Source of the DNA: Sphyrna mokarran
Taxonomy: Eukaryota
DNA: 64,000 nucleotides
Reading direction: 5' to 3'
Assembly: GCA_024679065.1 (NCBI GenBank)
Contig: JAGIQG010000010.1
Span: 51,212,001-51,276,000 of the forward strand
In this document: in pieces, positions 29,901-40,303 of the stretch
Numbering within the stretch: position 1 is the stretch's first letter
Layout: each line of letters opens with the position of its first letter
Notes under the pieces: model-generated
What the model saw: the letters and a program-made list of their open reading frames with translations, nothing else
Database searches by the model: none
What the model was told of the DNA's origin: nothing
Translations under genes and position numbers: made by a program

Positions 29901-32900
29901 GGTGTTGTATTTGAATGTGCACATATGAGGAATAAGTTAAATGAGCTGGTAGTGCAGATTGAAATTGGCAGTTATGATATTATGGGCATCAGAGAGACAT
30001 GGCTGCAAGGGGATCATGGCTGAGATAAATATCCAAAGACACACATCCAATCAATAAGACAGATGAGGGGGCAGGTTGCCTTGTAAGTAAGAAATGAAAT
30101 TAAATTGATAGCAAGAATTTATAGACCCTTTATAGGGTCAGAAGAAATAGAATATGTATGGGTAGAGTTGGGGAACTGCAAAGGTAAAAAGACCTGTGCT
30201 GGGAGTAATGTACAGACTCTGAGCAGTAGTCAGGCTATGGGCATAAAATACACCAGGAGATACAAAAGGTACATAAGAAAGGGAGGAAAATTTTAAATAG
30301 AAAGCTAGCTAATAATATAAAAGAAGATTGCAAGAGGTTTTCTTTAGATATATAAAGAGTAAGAAAGAGGCAAGAGTGGACATTGGACTGCTGGAAAATG
30401 ACACTGGAGAAGCAGTAATAGGGAACAAAAATGACTGATGAACTATATAGATATTTTGTGTATGTCTTCATTAACATACCAAATATTCAAGAGAATCAGG
30501 GCAGAGGTGAGTGTGGTGAACATTAGAAGCTGCTGGGAAGCTGAAACTTCTGAAGTTCGATAAATCATCTGGAAAGATGGATTACACCCCAGAGTTCTTA
30601 ACAAGACAGCTGAAGAGATTGTGGAGACATTAGTGGTGATCTTTCAGGAATCACTAGTCAGGGAAGATCCCAGAAAGTTGGAAAATCACTAATGCAACAC
30701 TCCTGTTTAAGGAGAGAGGGAGGCAAAAGAGGGAAACCACAGGCCAGTTAGCTGCACCTGGGTCGTTCGTAAGATTTTAAGTCCATTATTAAGGATGAGA
30801 TTTTGAAGTACTTGGAAGTGCATGGTAAAATAGGACAAAGTCAGCATGGTTTTATCAAGGGAAGATCACACCTAATAAATATGTTAGAATTCTTTAATGA
30901 AGTAATGAGCAGGTTAGACAAAGGAGAATCAATGTATGTTATCTATTTGGATTTCCAGAAAACTTTTTTGACACAGTACCACACAGGAGACTGCTGAATA
31001 AGATAAAAGCCCATGGCGTTAGAAGCAAATATGAGCATGGTTAAAAGACTGTTTGAGCAGCAGAAGGCAAAGAGTGGGGATAAAGAATGGCAATTAATGG
31101 CCCGTAGGGATCACTGTTGGGGGCACAACTTCTCACTTTATACATCAATGATTTAGGTGAAGAAACTGAGGATATTGTGTTTAGTTTGCAGATAATACAA
31201 AGATAGTTGAAGGGGTAGATTGTACTGAGGTGGCAGGAGGCTAATGGTGCAATCAGACAGGTTAGGAAAATGCGCAAAAAGTGGCAAATGGAATACAAGC
31301 TGGGAAAGTGTGAGGTTAAGCACTTTGGTAGAAAGAATAGTGGCATAGACTATTTTCTAAATGGGAAAAGAATTCAGAAATGCTAAAGCGTCTTAGTTCA
31401 GGATTCTCTTAGGATTAACTTGCTCATTGAGTTGATAGTTAGGAAGACAAATGCAATGTCAGCATTCATTCCAAGAGGACTAGAATACAAAAGCAGGGGT
31501 GTAGTGCTGAGGCTTTATAAGGCTCTGGACAGACAACATTTGGAATATTGTGAATAATTTTGGGCCCTGTATCTAAGGAAGAACATGCTGGACTTAGAGG
31601 CCCAGAGGGAGTTCATGAGAATGACCCTGGGAATGAAACGCTTGATGTATGAGCAGCATTTGAGGACTTTGGGTCTGTACTCAATGGAGTTGAGGGTGAG
31701 GGGCGATCTCATTGAAGCTTACACAGAGTACTGAAGGCCCAGATAGAGTGATTGTGGAGAAGATGTTTCCATTAGTAGGAGAGACTAGGATCGAGGGCAG
31801 ATCTCGGAGTAAAGGGACAATCCTTTAGAACCAAGATGAGAAAGAATTTCTTCAGCTAGAGGGTATTGAATCTGTGGAATTCATCGTCTTAGAGGGCTGC
31901 GGAGTCCAAATCACTGAGGGTAATTAAGACAGAGCTAGATAGATTTTTGACAGGTAAGGAAATCAAAGGTTATGGGAAAAAGGCAGGAGAATGGTTATGA
32001 AACTTACCAGCCATGATTGAATGGCAGAATAGTCTCAATGGATCGAATATCCTGACACTGCTCCTATATACAATCATTATGGTCGAGTTTACACATTTGT
32101 AATTGTCTACATCAGACTGATCTGCACAAAAACTTGAAAATGTTTCAACTATATAAAACAGGTGTTTCTTTGGTTTCCCATCCCCATTTCTCAATTGTCA
32201 TATCTCAAGATTTACATGATTTGAGATTATTGTTTCAACAGCCTACTCATATTGTTCATTATAATCGATAAGTTTTGCAACTACATCCAAAGTTTGAATT
32301 TGGAAGATTACAATGGTCAAAACTCAATATGACAGATTCTGGATGACAGAAAACCACATTATTTCAAGATTGTCTTTGCTTTGTGTATTATTAATTATAT
32401 TTTTAAGTGGGTGAGATTAATACATGTCCATAAGACTACAGCTCATTTGAGAGAAATACAAGAAATTGAAAGGATCCATCTTCATGTTATTTCTCCTATT
32501 TACAACACTGCTACTGACATCAAAAGATCTTTCCCACAGTCTTCTGTAGCTTCTCTCCAATAAAAAGCAAATTAACTTGCATTTACAGAGATTCCTTCAC
32601 AACCTCAGAATGTCCCAAACTGCTGCACAGACAATTAAATATTTTGATTTGTCACTCATGTTCTGCTGTAGGGATAAAAGCAGTCAAATTGTGCACAGCA
32701 AGGTCCTATACCAATGTTAAGCGACCAGATAATCTGTTTTTGTGACATTGGGTGAGAATAGCTAAACATTCAAGGGTAGCAGGATCACTTAGTATCTCAG
32801 GGAATGTTCAGCCATGGCCTTTTGCAAGTTATCCCAGACTCGAGTAGGAGTCTCATTGCTCAAGATTGTGCACTATGACCAATGGTAGAACCAGCACATC

Positions 32901-34837
32901 TTTACTGCTGATGGCAGAAGAAACAGAACCTAAGGAGGCATTGATGGTTTATGAGTTCCGGGTAAGGAATGGGAAACTCCTACAAGAAAATGAAGAGGAG
33001 AGTGTCCAACTATAGAGCATAGAAAAATGATTAGAGGTCCTACTCTTTAGTCAGCTCACTACAAATAAGTATTGGCCTTGGACATAGAACATAAGACACT
33101 ACAGCACAAACAGGCCCTTCGGCCCACATGTTGTGCCGATCATATCTATACCTACTAGGCCATAGAACTACTTGTAACTCCTAATCCCATTAAAGACAAC
33201 TTACTAGATTTAACAGTGTCACGGGACTTCTTACACTCAGCCAACAGGCTTAATGGGTTGCAACTTCCTATGGATAGCAATCAGTATTGGATTGCTACTC
33301 TGAATCATAAAATTTCTACAGTGCAGAAGGAGGTCATTTGGCTTATTGAGTCTGGACCGACAACAATTCCACCCAGGTCTCATTCCCATTATCCCACAAA
33401 TTTACCTCCGCCAATCCTGCTAACCTATGCATCCCAGGACACTAAGGGCAATTTAGCAAGGTCAATGTACCTCAACCACACATTTTTGTACTGTGGGAGG
33501 ACACCAGCACAGTCAATAGAGAGAACATGCAAACTCTACAAAGACAGTGACCCAAGCCAGGAATCAAACCTTCAAGTTCTGAGGTAGCAGTGCTAACCAC
33601 TATACCACGATACCATCCCTTTTTTTTCTCCAAAAAGGGATAAGATCCTACAGAGTGAAAAAACGTTTGCACTGATAATAACTAAAGATGTGCCAATCCT
33701 ATTTTTCCAGAACTTACAAAATCCGTATGGAACAATTACCCTACATGGATTTTTTTTTCCATGCTTGTTTCAGGGATGGAATTGTTTTGGGGCGAAGCAG
33801 ATGACAGGAATATTATGGGCTGATCGAAGGAGAAAAGAACACAGTGGGGGTTACTTGTCTGAGTCTTTACAGTAAGTACCCAAAAGTTAGTAGATACTTT
33901 AATTCCAACTTGTTCTAACTGATTATCAGTGTAATTATTCTGGAACTATCTGAATGAAGTTTGCAATTTAAATCACATTTTCAGATGGTTCACAGCATAC
34001 AGTTATTGCTCAGAGGAAGCTGACGCTTCTCGGCAATTGTGTGCAAATGCCTACCTGTGAATTTCACAGCACATCTTTGGGTCTCACTGGGGAACTCAGA
34101 AATTTATTGTTAAATATAATTTTCCAATAAAAAGATTGACACCTTTCAACAGCACAGCATCGCCAGACGCCGATCTAGATTAGAATGGACTAAAGGTCAA
34201 GATAAACCGGTTTGCTTTACTGCACAAGTCTTTATTTCGCCTCCAGTGACACCGGCGTTAACCTTTACACATTGCTTTTAGCAAAGTACAGGAGGGATTC
34301 CCTTGCTCTCTACTCCAGGTTAATGTTGCCCTCTCTGAGAGCTAAAGCCAGTTTCGAACCTGCACCGAGAGGAGAACTGACAGCTCTGCCAGTTCTGAAT
34401 GATTTGAGGAGCAGAGTGTTTTCCTACTCTGAGCTATACCAATGAAGACGTGTTCCCCTCTCTAACCCTCCCATGTGCCCAGTCTGCGGCTGAAGCTCTC
34501 TCAGGAAGCCGAATTCAGTCTTACCGAGCAGCGGCGACTCATCCGGACAGCCGTTTAAAGTTTGCCGATCCGGGCTGGGGGTGAGCAGGCTGAGGTTGGA
34601 GTAAACGTCGTGGGTTTTGGAGTAATCCCAGTGCTCCACAGGGTCGTCCTCGTACAAGGCGCTAGTGAAGGTGCCGGGCTGGCTGCGGCGGTACAGGAAC
34701 AGCACGAACGCCAGCTGGAGGAAAGCCACCAGGAGCAGAGTGCAGGGCCGGTTCAGGGAGCACAGGCGGCTCATCCTCCCCATCGCTTCCAGCATCCACA
34801 TAACGGCAACTGAAGCCAGCTTACCGCTCAGTTTCAT
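5792..34837 (-). CDS. B4GALT3: Beta-1,4-galactosyltransferase 3-like (GT7 family), spliced CDS: join(34525..34837, 24680..24915, 9463..9653, 7541..7663, 6904..7008, 5792..5945), 1122 nt = 373 aa + stop
   Basis: Manual splicing gives an open frame with a type II TM segment (RPCTLLLVAFLQLAFVLFLY), DVYSNLS, CPDESPLLVGP, PFLQRQQL, FNRAKLLNVG, the DxD motif FLHDVD, YFGGVSAL, WGWGGEDDD, KMISH, DGMNS and LYTNITVD. The ERPCTL-like N-terminus and DVYSNLS match my recollection of B4GALT3 better than B4GALT1/2. Exact paralog assignment needs a phylogeny. Confidence 0.9.
6904..7008 (-). CDS. B4GALT3: B4GALT3-like coding exon 5 (105 nt)
   Basis: Acceptor ttttatttag|A, donor AG|GTACTT. Encodes IYLAGMKIIRTPLSLGHYKMISHSMDVGNEKNEK(R). 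Confidence 0.93.
7541..7663 (-). CDS. B4GALT3: B4GALT3-like coding exon 4 (123 nt)
   Basis: Not in the ORF track; read by hand. Acceptor tttccag|G, donor AG|GTAGGA. Encodes LPYKMYFGGVSALTPDQYLRINGFPNTYWGWGGEDDDISA(R). Confidence 0.95.
8045..8705 (-). mobile_element. 3' fragment of the same old LINE family as 17990-19530
   Basis: The reverse complement resembles 19020-19460 (ACCATCCAGGATAAAGCAGCC, ACCATCTACAA). Confidence 0.55.
9463..9653 (-). CDS. B4GALT3: B4GALT3-like coding exon 3 (191 nt)
   Basis: Acceptor ccatcag|ACT, donor AG|GTATTC. Encodes TGNRTFNRAKLLNVGVREALKDEDWDCLFLHDVDLIPENDHNLYICNEKYPKHVSSAMNKFMY(R). Confidence 0.95.
13715..17000 (-). mobile_element. Decayed CR1 LINE (3' end at ~13715) interrupted by a younger CR1
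   Basis: Remnant ORFs 14235..14420 (KGFENKSRDVLLQL) and 15650..15877 (LKADKSLGPDHLHSRVL). Endonuclease-like sequence continues to ~17000. Confidence 0.75.
15097..15655 (-). mobile_element. Young CR1 3' fragment nested in the older CR1
   Basis: ORF 15306..15614 EYCVQFWLPHYRKNVEAIERVQRRFTRMLPG; its own tail lies at 15097-15150. Confidence 0.88.
17030..17293 (-). mobile_element. HE1/V-SINE-type SINE
   Basis: GTGGCACAGTGGTTAACATTGCTGCCTCA head and the central GTCTGCACATTCTCCCCATG..GTGGGTTTCCTCC domain. Confidence 0.85.
17990..19530 (+). mobile_element. Old, heavily decayed non-LTR retrotransposon (CR1/L2-like) fragment
   Basis: Residual RT-like nucleotide motifs (GGAGATCCTCAGGGTAGT, ATTAATGATCTTCCC, GTCAGGAGTGCAATTAAATA); no open frame. 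Confidence 0.55.
22105..22350 (+). mobile_element. HE1/V-SINE-type SINE
   Basis: CACAGTGGTTAGCAGTGCTGCCTCA...GGTTCAATTCC head, central domain, CR1-like tail. Confidence 0.8.
24680..24915 (-). CDS. B4GALT3: B4GALT3-like coding exon 2 (236 nt)
   Basis: Acceptor tttacag|TT, donor CAG|GTAATT. Encodes (V)GPLTISFQKIPVMSKIARKNPYVQVGGRYTPPHCKAQYKTAIIVPHRNRETHLRHLLYYLHPFLQRQQLQYAIYVIHQ. Confidence 0.95.
25895..26012 (-). mobile_element. tRNA-derived SINE 5' part (different family)
   Basis: A-box-like TAGCTCAATTGG and B-box-like GTGTTCAATTCCC on the minus strand. Confidence 0.55.
26005..26469. repeat. Inverted repeat: 181-bp arms (26005-26185 / 26289-26469), 103-bp spacer, 1 mismatch
   Basis: Base-by-base reverse-complement comparison; the only mismatch is A26063/C26411. 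Confidence 0.97.
28060..32070 (+). mobile_element. Decayed near-full-length CR1 LINE (ORF1 with SGNH esterase, endonuclease, RT), internally deleted
   Basis: ORF1 remnants LVLIGDSIV / VVMVHMGTNS / VIISGL (GDSL-type esterase typical of CR1 ORF1) at 28810-29700. Endonuclease remnants from ~29890; RT remnants SQHGFIKGRS..IYLDFQK; CR1 3' region to ~32070. Confidence 0.8.
28235..28810 (+). mobile_element. Young CR1 3' fragment nested in the older CR1
   Basis: [26 protein letters not shown] and the tail GGGCTGAAGGGCCTGTTCTGCGCTGTAATGTTCTATG; same family as 45350-46000. Confidence 0.85.
32575..32760 (-). mobile_element. Old Deu-domain-type SINE fragment (SacSINE1/AmnSINE1-like)
   Basis: AACTTGCATTT...CACAACCTCAGAATGTCCCAAA...AAATTGTGCACAGCAAG...GACCAGATAATCTGTTTT; recognised from memory only. 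Confidence 0.45.
33310..33618 (-). mobile_element. HE1/V-SINE-type SINE
   Basis: GTGGTATAGTGGTTAGCACTGCTACCTCA head, central domain and ...ATGACCTCCTTCTGCACTGTAG tail. Confidence 0.85.
34525..34837 (-). CDS. B4GALT3: B4GALT3-like coding exon 1 (cytoplasmic tail, TM anchor, stem)
   Basis: ORF 34424..34837. Donor CTCG|GTAAGA at 34525/34524, phase 1. The true start could be a downstream in-frame ATG (34801, 34795, 34783 or 34774). Confidence 0.88.
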
Positions 34838-34980
34838 AAGCGCAATTCATCCCGGTAGCCGTCTACCTCACCACCGAGAGCAGTGAACGGAAAGCTCAAA
34901 CATGACACCCACCCCCACGCCGCCTGCTTTCCGCACTGCTGCCAGGGGCGGTTAGTACAGCGCGAGACGTTCCCGTCGCA

Positions 34981-35331
34981 GCGCGAGCCCCGCCCCCCCC
35001 ATAGCGCGAGCCCCGCCCCCCCCATAGCGCGAGCCCGCCCCCCCCTAGCGCGAGCCCGCCCCCATAGCGAGCCCCGCCCCCCCCATAGCGCGACGCCCCG
35101 CCCCCCCAATAGCGCGAGCCCCGCCCCCCCATAGCGCGAGCCCGCCCCCCCCCCTAGCGCGAGCCCCGCCCCCCCATAGCGCGAGCCCCGCCCCCCCCAT
35201 AGCGCGAGCCCCGCCCCCCCATAGCGCGAGCCCCGCCCCCCCATAGCGCGAGCCCCGCCCCCCCCATAGCGCGAGCCCGCCCCCCCATAGCGCGAGCCCC
35301 GCCCCCCCCCCGTAGCGCGAGCCCCGCCCCC
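34981..35331. repeat. GC-rich minisatellite, unit ~ATAGCGCGAGCCCCGCCCCCCC (about 20-25 bp), about 16 copies
   Basis: Tandem units directly visible; the C-run length varies between units. It accounts for the Gly/Pro-rich pseudo-ORFs at 34834-35468. Confidence 0.95.
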
Positions 35332-35594
35332 GACCCCACCTCAGCATGTGCCGCACCCTCCACATCGCGAGGCCCCCCCCCCCCCCCCACCCCCCCCATA
35401 GTATGCGCCGCTCTCCCAAAGCGTGAGCTCCTCCCCGGCAGCGGGGGGGCCACGCCCTCACAGAACACTGCCGTCCCTGCAGAGTGCAGGGCTCTTACCC
35501 TCCCCCCACATCTTATTGCCGCTCCCGCACAGCTCGAGCCCCATCCCTATAGCATGAACCACATCCTTACAGCACGAGTCTTTCCCCCCCCCAA

Positions 35595-36390
35595 CCTCTT
35601 GGGGTTTGTGGAAGAACTCCTGCAGCCTCAATCGCCTGATGAATTCCTTTGTGTCCCCTATGAGACCGAATGTGGTCCATTTCGGTGGTGAAGCAAAAAC
35701 TGAGCCCTCGGTTGAAAACTTCGACTTCATCTGGTTGAAGTTGACAATGGAATTCCCTGCCATGGTACACCTTTCTACTGTGGTGCTGGGGGAGGCTTGG
35801 TTGCTGATGGTGGTGATGCCGAGTTTCTAAAGTTTCTTGTTCCTGATGTGTTTGTGGACAATGTAGTTCCTTTGTCTCATCTGCTTGGCAGAGTTTCGCA
35901 GCTGGTCTGCGTCCTGAGTGCAAGTTGAGAATATGAATTCTATTTTGGCTTCCATGATGCGGTGTTTGCTGTACAACTGGCATATGAGGTGGTTGAGGAG
36001 TGTGAGAGAAGTGTGACGGCAGAGTCTCTCAGCATTGTCTGTGTTACAGGTTGACCTGAGTGGATTTGTGATCTGTAGTTCTTTTAATGTCTTGTTTGCT
36101 TTCATGCATCTTTGTAAAAACTTGATGTCTATGTCGATATGCACGATCTTCTTGGAGATCCTCTCCACTTGGAGCCAGCAGTTTGTGGTGTCGATGATAA
36201 TTGTGATCTGGAGATGCCAGCGTTGGACTGGGATAAACTGTTTGTGATCAGAACTACTCACTCATCTGATGAAGGGGCAAAGCCCTGAAAGCTAGTGGTG
36301 TTTGCTGCCAAATAAACCTGTTGGACTTTAACCTGGTGTTGTGAGACTTCTTACTGTGTTTACCTCAGTCCAACACCAGCATCTCCACAT
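35595..36390. mobile_element. Penelope-like element fragment: ORF N-terminal region on minus (35595-~36240) plus an inverted pLTR on plus (~36250-36390)
   Basis: Frameshifted peptide ...VERISKKIVHIDIDIKFLQRC...SIVN..QPDEVEVFNRGLSFC..TKEFIRRLRLQEFFHKPQE, resembling the N-terminus of Penelope-type ORFs. The pLTR tail GTCCAAC.CC.GCATCTCCA occurs in both orientations and is shared with the 48777 element. Confidence 0.75.
36262..36298 (+). ncRNA. Minimal type-I hammerhead ribozyme motif (core intact, weak stem I)
   Basis: TCAT-CTGATGA-A-GGGGC-AAA-GCCCT-GAAA-GC-TA-GTGG: CUGAUGA at 36266-36272, GAAA at 36287-36290, CUA triplet ending at 36294. Confidence 0.65.
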
Positions 36391-36509
36391 TGTGATTAAA
36401 TATAATACAGAGAAGTGTAAAGTGATTCATTTTGGCAAGAAAAATGGAAAAGGCAATGCTAAACAGAGAGTACAATCCTAAAGAGGGTACAGGAGAGAGA
36501 GATGTATGT

Positions 36510-37595
36510 CATAGTGGCCTCATTCCATGTTGTAACCGTACTATGATGAATCCCACTGGCTCTTCACTATGTGCATTGATGGCTCTATAGGTGCAGATAT
36601 GGGGCTTTCCGTCTGTTAGAATGAAATGATGAAGACAAACCCCCATGGTATATTTGTCTGAGAGTACTCACCTATTTGAAATGGTGTGTGCTGGCCATCA
36701 GTCATAAACAGGGTATTGATGACCTCTGATTTAGCTGCTACTTACAAGGTACCACCAAGGTCCACTGCTAATCCTTGTAGTGAACCAGAGATAAAGAAGT
36801 TCAAAGCCACACTGACTTTAATGGTGAATAACATGGCATAACAAGCAGTCCTGTGAGGTCTGAGATCTTCCTCAATGGGGATACATAATTCAGTTACTAA
36901 CTGCTTAGACAGACAAAGCCGTGATATTCTGACATTTTCAGATGCAGGTAGTTTCTTCAGCAGTCCACTCAATGTTGAGGGTATAGCTTCCATTGTCTTC
37001 CATCCCTTACTTCTTCCCTACTAATGCCCTGGGCTCTGCATTTGCTCATGAGGATGTTGTTCCCTCTCGCTACTTGACTTGAATTCTGATTATGTTAATC
37101 CCAAGTCCAACTGTTGCCATGTTTGCAATCAGCTGCATTGACAATGCTTAATGACCCCATCAGATAGTCCTGCAATCTCTGAAGGATCTCAAACCCTTTC
37201 AGTGATGGTGTTTGCCACAGTCCACTTGTTCGAGTAACACTGCTTATCCAATAATACCCACATTCCAATGAATGAGTGCTCTTCTCAGCCATGTGCTCTT
37301 TTATTGGACCACCTAATTGAATGGCAAGGCCATTACTGGCTCCCCTCTGCATTGATGATATCTTGTGTAATCTGTACACTCCACAAAAATTCCACACTGG
37401 CCTTTGAACAAGCTGACAGGAAGCTCATTAACAAGGTCCACTGACCAATATTCTGCATCATGAAGGTTGTTAGATCCTGCTTTCTGCCCTCCTGAGGAAA
37501 TTCACTGACAGAATGGTGATGGTAAACCAGCATGAAAGCTAGTTTACGCACACACCTGCTTCCTTACTCCAATATCAGAGTGAAAATTCTACCCA
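36510..37595 (-). mobile_element. PIF/Harbinger transposon remnant (HARBI1-like transposase)
   Basis: ORF 36742..36993 contains RLCLSKQLVTELC...IKVSVALNFFISGSLQGLAVDLGG, resembling the Harbinger transposase HTH region. Terminus-like GGGTAGAATTTT at ~37584-37595. Confidence 0.55.
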
Positions 37596-38289
37596 CTTCT
37601 CAGGTATTATCTTGAAATTTTAACTCTGTATCTATCTCCATAAATGATGTCACATCTGCAGTGTTTTCCCAAAACTTTCTATTTCTATCTCAGATTTCCA
37701 GCCATCTGCAGTATTTTGCCTTTGAAAGAAATGCATTGAGATATAAACTAAAATAAAGACAACCAGACTAAAAAGTCATTTTTCTATGTGTTTAAAAACA
37801 AATCTAAATTTTAATCGTTGTGAAGAATTTTGACATTGCCCAAATATAAATTTAGCTTTTCAGGGTCAGTGGGGGTATTTAGTGTTAATTCTAAAGACAG
37901 TAAACTGTTGAGAAAAAAAATAATATTTCAAGGATTTTTATGAAAAGGCTAATTTGAATGGATGTTTTATTTAATTCATGATTATGTGGGAGATTGCAAT
38001 CTCTGGCAACTTTTAAATCACACCTTATGAAGGAGATTAAACTTATTAACAACCTTTTGATTTTCATGCTATTTTCTACATGTCAGAATTCTTGACATTG
38101 TTTTCAATTTCAGAGAAGTAATGATAATAAACATTGACAGTATTTGACACAATTGCTGCAGGCAAGACTGCCAATAATGGAGTGATGAAAATGCTCAAGA
38201 GGACAGAAATAGAGGAATCCAGATTTTTTTGCAGCATTGTAGGATGAGAAGATATTACAGATGTAGGGATGACTGAGACCAAAAGTTTA

Positions 38290-38558
38290 CTCATTAGTCA
38301 CAAATAGGCTTACATTAATACTGCAATGAAGTTGCAATGAAAAAAAATCCCCTAGTCACCACACTCCGGCACCTGTTCGGCTATGCCGAAGGAATGCTTA
38401 GCATAGCCAATTCATCTAATCTGCACATCTTTGGACTGTGGGAGAAACCCATGACATAGGGAGAAAATGCAAATTTATATAGTGACCCAAACTGGAAATC
38501 AAACCCAGGTTCCTAGTGCTGTGAGGTAGCAGTGCTAACTACTGTGCTATCGTGCCCC
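38290..38558 (-). mobile_element. HE1/V-SINE-type SINE
   Basis: Same head and TTAATGTAAGCCTATTTGTGAC tail as 4328 and 42885. Confidence 0.8.
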
Positions 38559-39654
38559 CACAGGTTTTGAAATTTAAATTCTAAGTTCAAGGTCCTGCTT
38601 AACCAAGAGCCAATGTGAGTCAGAGAGTTTAAGGGTGATAGTTGAATGAGATACAGGCAACAGAGTTTTGGATGACCTCAACTATATGAGGGTAAGATGT
38701 GGAAGCCATTGAAATAGCCAAATTTGTAGGTAACAAAGGTATGAATGAATAGATGAGCTGAGGCAGGCATAGCATCAGGCACTGTTACGGAGTTGGAAGT
38801 AGTTGTTTTAGTGTTTGGAGGTTCACTCAAAGTCAAATAAAATGTTGCAAACAGACTTGAGGCATTTCTGAATAGGGAGTCAATGTAAGTTAGCAAGCAA
38901 AGAAGGGATAGGAAAATGGGCCAGTGTGAGTTAGAATACAAACAGCAAAGTTTTGGAGAATTTTAAGTCTATGGAAGTTGAAAGGCAAGCCACAAGGACA
39001 TTGTAGATGTCAATTCTGGAAATACTAAAGATATTGGTAGGTATTTCAACAGAATAAGGCTGAAGTAGAGATGGATATGGGCACCATTATGAAGGAGGAT
39101 ATGTATTTAGGAGGGATGGTAGCATTCTCAAACCCAGTATCTTCCCATGTCTATCATTGCAGTCTCAGTTAGTGTTATAACTAGACCGGAAAATCTCAGA
39201 ACGGAACTCTAATTCAAAAGACTATAACCATAAGAGAATATCCTAGTAGATTAGTAAAGATGTTTAAGCCATTAGACATTAAAGCACTGACAGAACTACC
39301 AACATTGAGCTAAATGGTTTATAAGCTAATTTACAGTTTACACGCAAATGAAATGCAATAAGAGATTCAATCAAGTGATTATGATTTTAAAACACATATG
39401 CTGATATTTAGACTACATTAATGTATTTTAAGAATCATTGTTCACTTTAGCCAAAGGCAGATTGCTGCAAAGCATCACGGTAAAGGGCATTAGCGCAAAA
39501 GCATATTCTAAAGGAACATTAAAGCCTTGAGAATATGCAAGTTTTATCAGTAGAGTTTCTAATAGTTAAAACATTTAGAAACTTTATCAAACTACATGAA
39601 TAGAGTTTATTCACTGTCCAAATAAGATGGATGTATGCCCAGATATGGAACAAA

Positions 39655-40292
39655 AAACAAAGAAAATTACAGCACTGGAACAGGCCCTTCGGCCTTCCAA
39701 ATTTGCACCAACCATGCTGCCTGATTAACTAAAACCCCCTACCCTTCCAGGGACCATATGCCTCTTCTCCCATCCTATTCATATACTTGTCAAGACGCTC
39801 CTTAAAAGTAACTACTGTGTTCGCCTCCCCTGGTAACGTGTTTCAGGTACCCACTACTTTCTGTACAAAAAATCTGCCTCGTATATCTCCTTTAAACATT
39901 GCCCCTCGCACCTTAAACCTATGCCCTCTAATAATTGATTCTTCACCCTGGGAAAAAGACTTCTGACTATCCACTCTATCCATGCCTCTTATAATCTTGT
40001 AGACTTCTATCAGGTATCCCTTAACTTCCATTGTTCCAGTGAGAACAAACCAAGTTTCTCCAACCTCTCCTCAAAGCTAATGCTCTCCATACCAGGCAAC
40101 ATCCTGGTAAATCTTTTCTGTACCATCTCCAAAGCCTTCTGGCAGTGTGGCAACCAGAATTGAACACGATATTCCAACTGCAGCCTAACTAAGTTTCTAC
40201 AAAGCTGCAACATGATTTGCCAATTTTTAAACTCAATACCCTGGCCAATGAAGGGAAGCATGCTTTATGCCTTCCTGACTACTTTCTCCACT
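39655..40292 (-). mobile_element. CR1 3' fragment
   Basis: ORFs 40010..40261 and 39843..40031 encode the CR1 ORF2 C-terminus; tail GGCCGAAGGGCCTGTTCCAGTGCTG. Confidence 0.88.
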
Positions 40293-40303
40293 TTGGAGTT
40301 ATG

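Larger units (their letters stand above)
34480..35580. promoter_or_regulatory. CpG island / probable promoter of the B4GALT3-like gene
   Basis: Abrupt rise in GC and CpG content over and upstream of coding exon 1 in an otherwise CpG-depleted window. Many GGGGCGGGG GC boxes on the minus strand. Confidence 0.8.

Noticed and set aside
34981-35331. CRISPR-like regular repeats
   Set aside because: Units are directly adjacent with no unique spacers, there are no cas genes, and the DNA is eukaryotic.
34834-35468. Several overlapping Gly/Ala/Arg- or Pro-rich ORFs
   Set aside because: They are translations of the GC-rich minisatellite; there is no evidence of a real protein.
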